IMG/VR virus record: IMGVR_UViG_3300047476_002078
Coordinates: 62,001 to 126,000 of that record
Direction: 5' to 3' (one strand)
Length of the DNA stretch: 64,000 bases
The number at the start of each line of letters is the position of its first letter. The first letter of the stretch is position 1. Positions 42,203 through 51,274 of the stretch are shown here, in pieces. The notes under the pieces are model-generated. The model made no database searches, was not told the DNA's origin, and saw only the letters and a list, made by a program, of their open reading frames with translations. Made by a program: the position numbers and the translations under genes.

Positions 42203-42787
42203 TCAGATAAATCCTGCTCTACACATGAGGGTAAACCTACCCTCTTCTGTTGACCTAACTCTGTGGCAAAAAGTAGGATTAGAAGATAACAATACAGCGA
42301 TTTTTCCCATTTTAGGTTCTATTGTTTTATGGGTTTTGGCGGTTGATTCTATACCTTCTCCATTTTCATCTAAATCCCATGTTCCGATCTCTAATTCACC
42401 TTCTTGATTCCATTCCGATAAATATAAACATAGATTTATATGAAAATTTCCAAAGTAGTCGTTGTGCCAATTTAACTCATTTCCTTTTTTATACTTAGCT
42501 ATGGAAATTTCAAAAAAATTAAATTCTCCAAAATTTTTGTGATAAAAACTAAAATCTGGTCTTTTTAAAATTTTTTTCCAAAATGATAAAAGATAAAGAT
42601 ACTCAGGGGATTCATCTCCTGCCCAACTTCTACCCATATAAGGTTTGTATTTCTCATCACAAATGTAACCGTTTGTGCCAGAGTAAAATAATTCTACAGT
42701 TGAACAAAATGAGGATATAGAAAATAATAAATTTTCATCTAGTTGTATTTCTTCAAAACCTTGTGAAAATAACTGAGTTAGGTTCAT
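42203..42787 (-). CDS. 2OG-Fe(II) oxygenase
   Basis: YKKGNELNWHND...LYL...GELE...HRV...R. Confidence 0.8.
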   Translation of the reverse strand: MNLTQLFSQGFEEIQLDENLLFSISSFCSTVELFYSGTNGYICDEKYKPYMGRSWAGDESPEYLYLLSFWKKILKRPDFSFYHKNFGEFNFFEISIAKYKKGNELNWHNDYFGNFHINLCLYLSEWNQEGELEIGTWDLDENGEGIESTAKTHKTIEPKMGKIAVLLSSNPTFCHRVRSTEEGRFTLMCRAGFI

Positions 42788-43142
42788 TGATTTATTTTAG
42801 CAAATCAAATTTTAAAAAGAAATCATCCATTCACGTTTATAAAATGAAATAACGAGATATTTGCCAAGATTACCTGTGCAAAAAACGATTCCAAATTTGA
42901 CTGATTTTGTTTTAATTTTTAAAACTTCCATAAATAATGGACAATAATAATAAAATAATACTATGCGTTATAGTATGGAAAAAGCATTAATTTTACAACG
43001 TATTGAAAAAGCTAGAGCCTCTCTAAAAAACAGCTTTATGAAGTATGAGCATAGCTTTGCAAGTTTGGCGATTATGCTTGAAGAAGAACATTACTTTCCA
43101 GAAAAAATAATAAAAGACTTAGAAGAAATAGAAAATTTTATT

Positions 43143-43484
43143 CTATTTATGAATAAGCTCGAACAATCTTGATAAAACATCATCTGAAGTGTGCCCATCC
43201 CAAACATGATTAGGGCTGTGTGTAAAATTCTTCTCCGCTAATTCTAAATAAATATTTGGCACATGGTAGCTAATCTGACCTTCTTCTAATTCCAAGTATA
43301 TACAAAAAAAGTTTTCATAATCTTTTTTGTAGTAAACTTTATCTTTCCATTGCATACAGAGGGCTAGAAAAAGAAAATATCGGTGCTTATAAAGTTCTGT
43401 AAAAGTGTGGTATCCGTCAGAAATGTCATCGTTTACAATTTGAAAAGTCTTTCCCATAATATGATTAGAACTCAACTTTATCAC
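43143..43484 (-). CDS. conserved phage protein (WDGH motif)
   Basis: SDGYHTFTELYKHR...QISYH...WDGHT. Confidence 0.65.
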   Translation of the reverse strand: MIKLSSNHIMGKTFQIVNDDISDGYHTFTELYKHRYFLFLALCMQWKDKVYYKKDYENFFCIYLELEEGQISYHVPNIYLELAEKNFTHSPNHVWDGHTSDDVLSRLFELIHK

Positions 43485-43499
43485 TTTGGAAATTAATTT

Positions 43500-43832
43500 A
43501 TGAAAATAATTGTAACAGGCGGAAGATTTTTTAACGATTACAGTAAAGTTGAAAAAGCTCTTAAAGAATTAAATCCTACTTTTATTATACAAGGCGGAGC
43601 GAGCGGAGCCGATAGACTTGCTATCCGATTCGCTTTAGAAAATAAAATCAAGTATCAAACATATCAGGCAGATTGGAACACTCACAAAAAAGCTGCTGGT
43701 CCCATTAGGAACAGGCTTATGCTATCTAATAATCAGGATGCTCTTGTGGTAGCTTTTGAAGGCGGAAAAGGTACTAAGAATTGTGTTGATACTGCCATAT
43801 CTCTTGGTATGAAAGTGGTGGAGATAAATTAA
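43500..43832 (+). CDS. SLOG-family (DUF2493/YspA-like) protein
   Basis: IIVTGGR...QGGASGAD...AGPIRN...GGKGT. Confidence 0.85.
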   Translation: MKIIVTGGRFFNDYSKVEKALKELNPTFIIQGGASGADRLAIRFALENKIKYQTYQADWNTHKKAAGPIRNRLMLSNNQDALVVAFEGGKGTKNCVDTAISLGMKVVEIN

Positions 43833-44234
43833 AATGGAAATCAAAACACAAAACTCTTGGCAAAGAATCGCTATCAGCACGGATAACTTTGATGACGGTA
43901 GAGGTGAATTAGCAGTTATTTTATATGTTCCGCATAAAGACTACCCTGAGCATGAACACATAGTTTTTGATAAAGAATCTGCGAAACAGCTTAGAGATTG
44001 GTTGGATGATTATTTAAAAAATCATTAATAATATCAATTCTGTTTTTTATGAACCAATCTATTTCATCCCATTCTCTTTCGTTAAAATTTTCGTAGTTCA
44101 CGCACCCACAATGGCTTTGAAAAAGAAGATTACCTTTGTGAGATAAGTAGTGAAGAGAAACTCCGCAAAGAGAACACTCTCTAACTCTCATCCAGTGACC
44201 TTGATTTAATTTTTCTTTAACTTGTTCAAGCATA

Positions 44235-45266
44235 TTACAATCCGTGTGGTTGAGATTCAATTAAACCTAAATTAGTCATTTCCATGAAAGTGGCGTTTGA
44301 ATATATTTCTTGAATTGATTTAGCATTTAGATAAGTCATTCCTGATCTGATTCCACCGCATAATTGAGAGATAACTTTTTCTACAGAACCTTTTGAATTA
44401 ACAAAACAAGATTCACCTTCGGCGGAAATATTTTCAGCTATTGAACCTTTCCATGATACTTGAGCTTCTGTTGATGCCATTCCACGGTATCTTTTTTTGC
44501 CGTTTAGTATTTCGCCCGGTGTTTCATCACACCCTGAGAATAAAGAACCTGCCATAACAGTTTCCGCTCCGACTGCGAAGGCTTTAACAATATCTCCAGA
44601 GTTTTTTATCCCCCCATCTGCGATAACAGGGATGTCGTTTTTTTGAGCTTCTTGCACACACATCGCTAACGCTGTTAATTGAGGAACTCCACAACCTGTC
44701 ACTATTCTTGTGGTACACATTGAGCCGGGTCCGATACCGACTTTAATTGCATCCGCTCCATGTTCAATCAGTCTGCGAACTCCATCGAAAGTAGCAACAT
44801 TTCCTGCAATAACGTCTATTTTTGGATATTTCTTTTTTACGTAATCAAGAACTTCTAACATCATAACAGAATTTCCGTGAGCAATATCAATAGTTAAAAT
44901 ATCAACTCCAAAATCTGCTAAAAAGTCTGCACGTCTCATACCTTCGTCTTTGACTCCAATACTGGCGGCTTTTAAACCTTTTATTTGTTTAAGTTGATTG
45001 ATCTGTTCCTCAATGGTCATAAACCTATGTAAAATTCCCAATCCGCCTAATTCGTGCATTTTATTTGCCATTTGGTACTCGGTTACGGTGTCCATGTTGG
45101 CAGATATGATAGGAGTATCTAAATGGTAATTTTTTGTAACTCTGCTTTTAAGTGAGGGTGTTAAACGAGAATCAATCTCACTGTATCTAGGCATCAACAA
45201 AACATCATTAAATGTTAATCCTTTGTTTCTTTCTAAAACTTGACTAGGATAAAAAATTAAACTCAT
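44235..45266 (-). CDS. guaB: IMP dehydrogenase/GMP reductase family enzyme lacking CBS domains
   Basis: [35 protein letters not shown] (catalytic Cys), ADGGI, YRGMAS. Confidence 0.9.
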   Translation of the reverse strand: MSLIFYPSQVLERNKGLTFNDVLLMPRYSEIDSRLTPSLKSRVTKNYHLDTPIISANMDTVTEYQMANKMHELGGLGILHRFMTIEEQINQLKQIKGLKAASIGVKDEGMRRADFLADFGVDILTIDIAHGNSVMMLEVLDYVKKKYPKIDVIAGNVATFDGVRRLIEHGADAIKVGIGPGSMCTTRIVTGCGVPQLTALAMCVQEAQKNDIPVIADGGIKNSGDIVKAFAVGAETVMAGSLFSGCDETPGEILNGKKRYRGMASTEAQVSWKGSIAENISAEGESCFVNSKGSVEKVISQLCGGIRSGMTYLNAKSIQEIYSNATFMEMTNLGLIESQPHGL

Positions 45267-46225
45267 GTCACCTCTTTAATTTTGTCGTAATTACGGACGT
45301 GAGGCTTGATATAAATATGCTTTACTAAGCTTCTTGCAGGTCCGTGTGGTTGCCATCTAAAATGCCCTGTTACACCAACTACACCACAAGAAAATTCTTT
45401 CGGAAACACAAAATTTTGACCAACGAGAGAAAATTCTTTTTTAGTATATACTTTCTCCTGCCCTTCTCTTTTACTTTTTTTATCAGCAAAAACATTTGTT
45501 GTTTTGACACAAGACTCAACTGAGTTATGAATAAAAAGAATGATATTAAAAATAACTTGAATGTGCTTATGAAATGAAGCTTCTGTGACTTTTTCCACAG
45601 CTTTTAAATTTGGTACTTCTTCACCATTTTTAATTTTTTGATAATCTTCATCTGCTAAAATACGGTAGATTTCTTTTTGTTTTAGAATAATATCTTCAAT
45701 GGTCGATTCAGTATCTTCGAGAGGAATATTCAAATGGGAAATCGTGTAAGAATTTAATTCTGTATTAAACGCTAACATTCCCATAGTGAAGCAGTATTTT
45801 TCTTGTATCGTTCGGATGTCAACAAAGACTCCTTGTATAAGTTCCCCATCTTGATCTTTTAGACCTTTTAAATCTAAAAAAGCTTTAAAATCTTTTGGCA
45901 AATATTTAACTTTAATATCAAGGCTTGTATGGAACATAGCCTCAATTAAATTTTTGCCGACAATATAATTGTTAGGAGATTCAAGATAGCCTTTGTAAGC
46001 TCTTAAAAAAACTTTTAGACTCTCGTCACTGTTGATGAACTCAACTAGAGAACTTACAGGAATTCCGTTAAGATAATCAGTAGGTTCGTAATTAATTTTG
46101 ATTAGAACGTCATCAACTAATTCCATGTAGTCAGTAATCATGCAAAATTTAGAGAGTAAATTTAAGTTTTCATTTTTGGAAACTTTAGAGCCATCTAAAT
46201 AATCAGGAAGAATAAATGTTTGCAT
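45263..46225 (-). CDS. conserved phage hypothetical protein
   Basis: C-terminal VTGHFRWQPHGP...IYIKPH motif. Confidence 0.65.
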   Translation of the reverse strand: MQTFILPDYLDGSKVSKNENLNLLSKFCMITDYMELVDDVLIKINYEPTDYLNGIPVSSLVEFINSDESLKVFLRAYKGYLESPNNYIVGKNLIEAMFHTSLDIKVKYLPKDFKAFLDLKGLKDQDGELIQGVFVDIRTIQEKYCFTMGMLAFNTELNSYTISHLNIPLEDTESTIEDIILKQKEIYRILADEDYQKIKNGEEVPNLKAVEKVTEASFHKHIQVIFNIILFIHNSVESCVKTTNVFADKKSKREGQEKVYTKKEFSLVGQNFVFPKEFSCGVVGVTGHFRWQPHGPARSLVKHIYIKPHVRNYDKIKEVT

Positions 46226-46722
46226 AACTACTCCGTATTTTGGAGATTAATACTATGCACAATATAAAAATACAAGTTTTAAAATTACAAACATGATTAG
46301 GAAATCTAAAATACTTTTATGAATGTATTTACGGCTAAAGTTAAAGACCTTGATAAAATTAATTTACTCAGACTGATCTTATATTACCCTAAAGGAAATA
46401 CTATATTTGAAGTCCAATTTTGCGGTCTTGTCGATAAAAGTGATGTGGGATTTTTTTACACATCGGATGAAAAAGATTACATGGTAGCTGTAAATGAAAA
46501 TTGGTTTCTTAATGAGGTTGTGGAATCTGTAAAATCGGGTCGTTATGCCATTTTAGAGGGTGATTTAGAGCAGATTGAACATCAAGTAAGGCTTAAATCT
46601 ATTCTCAAGGATTACTATGAAGAACAGATTGGAACAAGTCCTAGAAAAGTTCTTGGAAGAAAAAATAAGACTGCCTAATTGTTAATTAATACCCTTCAAT
46701 AGTTATAGTAAAGGGATGAAAA

Positions 46723-47763
46723 ATGGCACATACAAATTACACAATACCTACGAGTGTTTGGAGCATTAGTTCTGGAAATTTAGTGAACTCTACTTTATTT
46801 TCTTTTAACACTCCATGTTATATAATTAATCCTACTACATTGAACAATTTAGGACTTACATACAACTCAAGTTTATCGGAAGCTCAATTTCAAAATTTGA
46901 AATCAACTTTGTCTTCACCTGTAAGTTTTGAGGCATCTGACTACTTAATTTCAAACTGGATAAGTTGTGGTTGGGGTTCAAACGCTAGTGAAGTTTTAGC
47001 TAATTATAACTCTTTCGTTAATAACCATTTAGAGCTTGGTGGAAGTTTAAGAGAGCAATTAAATAAAGCCTCTATACCTTTGACAAGTGTTGTAACTTTA
47101 GGCGAGCTTTCTAGCTCAAATTATTTCCTACCTATTTTAGTTTTTTCAAACCAAACAGACGCAGACCCTTTGGCAGGAAATTCTGAGCAAAATGAAAACG
47201 GTTCTATGGTAGCCGTTCAAAGCATTAACATATCTACTCCATTTGAAAGCAATATTATGTTTTCACATGATAACCCTGTGGAAAATGCAGGCTCATACAA
47301 GTATGAAGTTTATAGATCACTTTTAGGGAACCATTCATTAGAAAGAAGCTTTACAGTGAGCGGTTATTTTGATGAACCTATTTCAAACACTGTAAATGTT
47401 TATGGAGGAGGGGATTACTTTATTAAAGTTTATCCACTAACTCTGCCCGACACTTTAGGACCATCAACAACTTCTAATACAGTCTATGTAGATTCAAGTC
47501 TTCCTCAAAAACCTACAATATTTTCTGCGATTTGGGAGGGAACAGGCATTTCTTTGAACTGGTCTTCAGCTTTTTATCCAGACATAACAGCTTTTAACAT
47601 ATACAGAGACAATGTTTTAATCGCTACAATTAATGAGCCTGCCTTTGACACAACATATTTGGATACTACTGCCGAGGAATTTGGTTCTTATTATTATGAA
47701 GTAGAGGCTTCTGTAAATTTTGCCGTAGAAAAGAGTGATCTTTTCTATTATCCAACATTATGA
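46723..47763 (+). CDS. putative virion structural protein with fibronectin-III-like C-terminal domains
   Basis: N-terminus homologous to ORF 4229. C-terminus ISLNWS...AFNIYRDNVLIA...TYLDTT...YYYEVEA is FN3-like. Confidence 0.6.
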   Translation: MAHTNYTIPTSVWSISSGNLVNSTLFSFNTPCYIINPTTLNNLGLTYNSSLSEAQFQNLKSTLSSPVSFEASDYLISNWISCGWGSNASEVLANYNSFVNNHLELGGSLREQLNKASIPLTSVVTLGELSSSNYFLPILVFSNQTDADPLAGNSEQNENGSMVAVQSINISTPFESNIMFSHDNPVENAGSYKYEVYRSLLGNHSLERSFTVSGYFDEPISNTVNVYGGGDYFIKVYPLTLPDTLGPSTTSNTVYVDSSLPQKPTIFSAIWEGTGISLNWSSAFYPDITAFNIYRDNVLIATINEPAFDTTYLDTTAEEFGSYYYEVEASVNFAVEKSDLFYYPTL

Positions 47764-48185
47764 AAATAACAAATAAACTAATTAAAATTTCAAACTACTT
47801 AGATAAAATTGCCAAGTCAGGTTCAGTTTCACTGAATTATGAGTTTGATTACGATGATTTCAACTTAGATAAACTTGAAGAACTTCTTAAAAAATCTGGA
47901 ATTAGATTATCAGAAATAGCTGAATTGGATAGCGAAGGGAACATTGAGGAACTAAAGAAAATTTTTTGGGATGCTTTGGATTCTTTTGAAATTGAAGCGG
48001 AATGTTCTTTTTATAAATCTAGTGATTCTGAAGGTTATCCAGAACCAAACGAAACAGAGATTGAAACTACTTATCCAAAGCTAAAAATTTTAGGAAAATC
48101 AATTGATATTGAGTCTGTCATAATTAAAAGAACCAAAGAAAAAATTGAAGATAAGCTTTTTGAAAAGTTTATGGATGAATACTAA
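47760..48185 (+). CDS. acidic hypothetical protein, leader-bearing family
   Basis: MKITNKLIKISNYLDKIAKS. Confidence 0.7.
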   Translation: MKITNKLIKISNYLDKIAKSGSVSLNYEFDYDDFNLDKLEELLKKSGIRLSEIAELDSEGNIEELKKIFWDALDSFEIEAECSFYKSSDSEGYPEPNETEIETTYPKLKILGKSIDIESVIIKRTKEKIEDKLFEKFMDEY

Positions 48186-48755
48186 AATTTTTTATTAGGA
48201 GCTTTCCAGCTCAAATCGTTTTCTTTTCCGCTAAATTGCACTTCTTCCCAAATATCAGCAAATTTTTCTACAGTAGGATTTATCGAGCCAGAAAAATTAA
48301 TATCTCTGTTTCTTATATTCTGAACTAATGAATGGTAACTTTCACTCTTTTCTAATCTTTCAAACTGAGAAAAAAGATTAATAACTAAAGAGCAATATTG
48401 AAATTTTCTAGCTTTTCTTGAAGCATTAGAATGAAGACCTACTATGAACAATTGCTCGTTTTTGTACTTTACTGGCATCTCCTGACAAAAAGAATTAATT
48501 TCAGCCCATAACCTTTCTTCAAATTCTTCTTCAGAGTATTCCCCTATTTCCCAAGACAGCCATAAAGAAAGAAAAGGTTCTTTTTGTGCCTCATATCTTG
48601 CAATAAGCTCATCTAAATATTGCGATATGTTTTCTTCTGCTTTTCCAAATTCCGAATTGAAATACTTAGTAATTATGCTCCCATTTTTCAAAGCAAAGAT
48701 GGCAGGAATACAAGGATAATCAATTGTTATAAATTTCTCTATTTTGTCTAAAAGA

Positions 48756-48884
48756 CTATCTGTTTGGGCGAGGCTCATAAAACTGATCTCTTTGGTCTTC
48801 TTTCAAATCAAATCTATAATCTGAAGTTGTTGAACAAGAAATAGTGGTGAAAAGAAGCAGAAAAAGAGAAATCAAACGCAACAT
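48756..48884 (-). CDS. small putative lipoprotein (42 aa, not in ORF track)
   Basis: AGGAGG RBS. MLRLISLFLLLFTTISC. Confidence 0.55.
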   Translation of the reverse strand: MLRLISLFLLLFTTISCSTTSDYRFDLKEDQRDQFYEPRPNR

Positions 48885-49060
48885 AAAACCTCCTATGTGC
48901 TTTTTGATTAGTCTCGCCTTCTATGTTTTTAACCGGACTTTTGGTCGTGTTGACGATTAAAAAAATCTTTTTAAAGACAGGCTACTCCCCAATACTTATC
49001 TAAAGAAATAAATTAAATCATTAATCTTTTGCCTAAAATATACCTATATTTAGGAGATTT

Positions 49061-49432
49061 ATGAAAAAGATAGCATCAAAACTAATTGAAATCGCAGACC
49101 GGTTAAAGTTTGCGTATGAATCCAAAAAAGATCAAGAGAATTATTTAAAGCCCGACGAAGCTAAAAAACTCGAAGACTTCTTCAAGTCAGAACAACATAA
49201 AGTTGAAAACTTAGTTACTCCAGATGTAGGAACTTCAGTTCTAGGTAACGGTATTTCTGTTTATGTAATCCCATCACCTCGTCATAAAAAACCTGAAAAA
49301 AGATATGTTTTCAGAAATCCTTGGACTCAAGCGGAACAGCCAAGAGCTATCGAAGAAATGATTAGCAGGGCGGAGAGAAAATTTCCAGAATTTAAAGGTC
49401 GTATTCAGTATGAATGGGGAAGGATGGATTAA
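49061..49432 (+). CDS. hypothetical protein, leader-bearing family
   Basis: MKKIASKLIEIADRLKFA. Confidence 0.7.
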   Translation: MKKIASKLIEIADRLKFAYESKKDQENYLKPDEAKKLEDFFKSEQHKVENLVTPDVGTSVLGNGISVYVIPSPRHKKPEKRYVFRNPWTQAEQPRAIEEMISRAERKFPEFKGRIQYEWGRMD

Positions 49433-49433
49433 T

Positions 49434-49931
49434 ATGAGTACCGTTAAAAATCTTTTGAAAGTTGCTTCTTTTTTAGAAAAAATCGCAGAAAAAAAGAATA
49501 TATACTTAGTTTCTTCAGAAGGTAATTTTTCTTATGAAAGAGTTGTAGGTATTTCAACTCCAGACATGGAAAAAACTGATAGCGTTGATGGAGATGTTAG
49601 ATATGAGCTTGAAAAAGCTATTCAAGACGATTTGAGAGGTTTTCCTCTTCACAAGTACGTGGCGAATGATACAAATCTACCTATTACTAAAATTCAATTA
49701 AAAGAAGTGAATAACGATGGAGTTGCTGTATATGAACTTCATTGTGAAAAAGACTTGTCTAAAGAAGAAATGGAAAAATTAAAAAGTGCTTTTTCTGGAC
49801 AACTATCGGATGGTTGGGGAGAAGGGTTCGAGCAGAATGAATTCTATGTTAAAGATACTGCCAGAAGCACGACTACTTACTACTATAGCCCGTGGACTCG
49901 AAACGGAAAAATAACAATTAAAAAAGCTTAA
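49434..49931 (+). CDS. hypothetical protein, leader-bearing family
   Basis: MSTVKNLLKVASFLEKIA. C-terminal GQLSDGWGEGFEQ motif. Confidence 0.7.
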   Translation: MSTVKNLLKVASFLEKIAEKKNIYLVSSEGNFSYERVVGISTPDMEKTDSVDGDVRYELEKAIQDDLRGFPLHKYVANDTNLPITKIQLKEVNNDGVAVYELHCEKDLSKEEMEKLKSAFSGQLSDGWGEGFEQNEFYVKDTARSTTTYYYSPWTRNGKITIKKA

Positions 49932-49935
49932 TCTT

Positions 49936-50388
49936 ATGAAAAAAGTATTATCAGAAATTGCTAATTTAGAATCTAAACTATCCTCTGAAAAAAAAGCCAA
50001 ATATAATCCAGACGGTGCTTGGTATTATTATGGTTTCGGTGGAGGTGGTCTTGAGCATCCCATTTATCATGATGAGGGTCGGTACATAGATGTTCACAAA
50101 TACATCAATACTCCATCTACAACAAAAGGGTTGGTTGAGATCAGTCAATTTGAGCAAGCTATTAAAAAACTTTTAAGTAATATCAATTCAGCTTCTTCTA
50201 AAAATGCAAATTATGTAAACCTTGGATGGAGAGTCGATAAAGAAGTCCTTGATGCTTTACTTAATCCTGTTTTTTTAGACACTAATGACCAATTCAAAGA
50301 CTATGAGCGTTGGGAGAAAAAGTGGAAAGAAGAGAACAATACTACTAGCAATCCTACACAAGAACAAATAATTAAAAACTACAGGTAA
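49936..50388 (+). CDS. hypothetical protein, leader-bearing family
   Basis: MKKVLSEIANLESKLSSEKKA. Confidence 0.7.
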   Translation: MKKVLSEIANLESKLSSEKKAKYNPDGAWYYYGFGGGGLEHPIYHDEGRYIDVHKYINTPSTTKGLVEISQFEQAIKKLLSNINSASSKNANYVNLGWRVDKEVLDALLNPVFLDTNDQFKDYERWEKKWKEENNTTSNPTQEQIIKNYR

Positions 50389-50394
50389 AAAATT

Positions 50395-50691
50395 ATGAAC
50401 ATCAAAGAAGAAATTAAAAAACTTGAAGACAAAATAAGCTCAGAAAAGAAAGCCTCAGACTCTACTCTTCAACAAGTAGCGGAGGCAGTTAAAGGTCACA
50501 ATTTAATGTCTATGAGAAAACCTTTAGAAACCATATTCAAGAAAAAAGACATTGATTTTTCGTTTGAGCCGATTCCAGCTTTCCATATCAAACATAAAGG
50601 AAAAACAATTCTCATTGTAAATAAAAATAATGTTGAAGAAGTAGATTCTTCGGATGTGGTCGTAGGAAATGTTGTAATTGGCTATCTTTAA
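50395..50691 (+). CDS. hypothetical protein, leader-bearing family
   Basis: MNIKEEIKKLEDKISSEKKA. Confidence 0.7.
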   Translation: MNIKEEIKKLEDKISSEKKASDSTLQQVAEAVKGHNLMSMRKPLETIFKKKDIDFSFEPIPAFHIKHKGKTILIVNKNNVEEVDSSDVVVGNVVIGYL

Positions 50692-50745
50692 TACACAGCA
50701 TAATAAAATCATCCTTTCTTTTTTACATTTTAAAAATTCATTGAT

Positions 50746-50785
50746 ACCGTAACTAAAAGCTAACACCTTTAGTTACGGTTTTTTA
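50746..50785 (+). terminator. probable intrinsic terminator closing the leader-gene block
   Basis: 14-bp stem ACCGTAACTAAAAG / CTTTTAGTTACGGT followed by TTTTT. Confidence 0.6.
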
Positions 50786-50803
50786 AATTTTAAAGGAAGG
50801 GTT

Positions 50804-51274
50804 ATGGATATTCAACTAGGTCAAAAAGTAGTAGATAAAGTTACTGGGTTTAAAGGGGTTGTAGAACATATTTATTATCCTCTTCATGACAGTATTAAAG
50901 TCGGTATTCAAGCTCCTATTGGTAAAGATGGAAAAATGGGGGAGTGCTATACTGTGGACGTAGTAGGTGTTCAAATTTTAGATAAAAAACCAATAGTAAA
51001 AGCAGTCAAGTCACAACCAAAATATAAACTAGGTTCAAAAGCAAAATGCACAATTACTGGAGTAGAAGGAACAATTGTAGCCTACATACTTTATTTGAAT
51101 GGGTGTGTTCATTACAGAGTTCAACCAAAAGTTCCAAAAGGTGAAAAGCCTGAAGACTACACAGTACAAAAATTTCCCGAAGGCTCATTAAAAGTTGAGG
51201 AGCCGAAAACAGTACATGCTCCAACTAGCACAGGCGGACCAAAAGAAAAAATAACCAAACAACGTCTGGGGTAA
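50804..51274 (+). CDS. hypothetical protein with a tandemly duplicated small domain
   Basis: LGQKVVDKVTGFKGVV and LGSKAKCTITGVEGTI. Confidence 0.65.
   Translation: MDIQLGQKVVDKVTGFKGVVEHIYYPLHDSIKVGIQAPIGKDGKMGECYTVDVVGVQILDKKPIVKAVKSQPKYKLGSKAKCTITGVEGTIVAYILYLNGCVHYRVQPKVPKGEKPEDYTVQKFPEGSLKVEEPKTVHAPTSTGGPKEKITKQRLG

Noticed and set aside
4229-47763. Diversity-generating retroelement acting on the paralogous structural genes
   Set aside because: No reverse transcriptase and no template/variable repeat pair with adenine-specific mismatches was seen.
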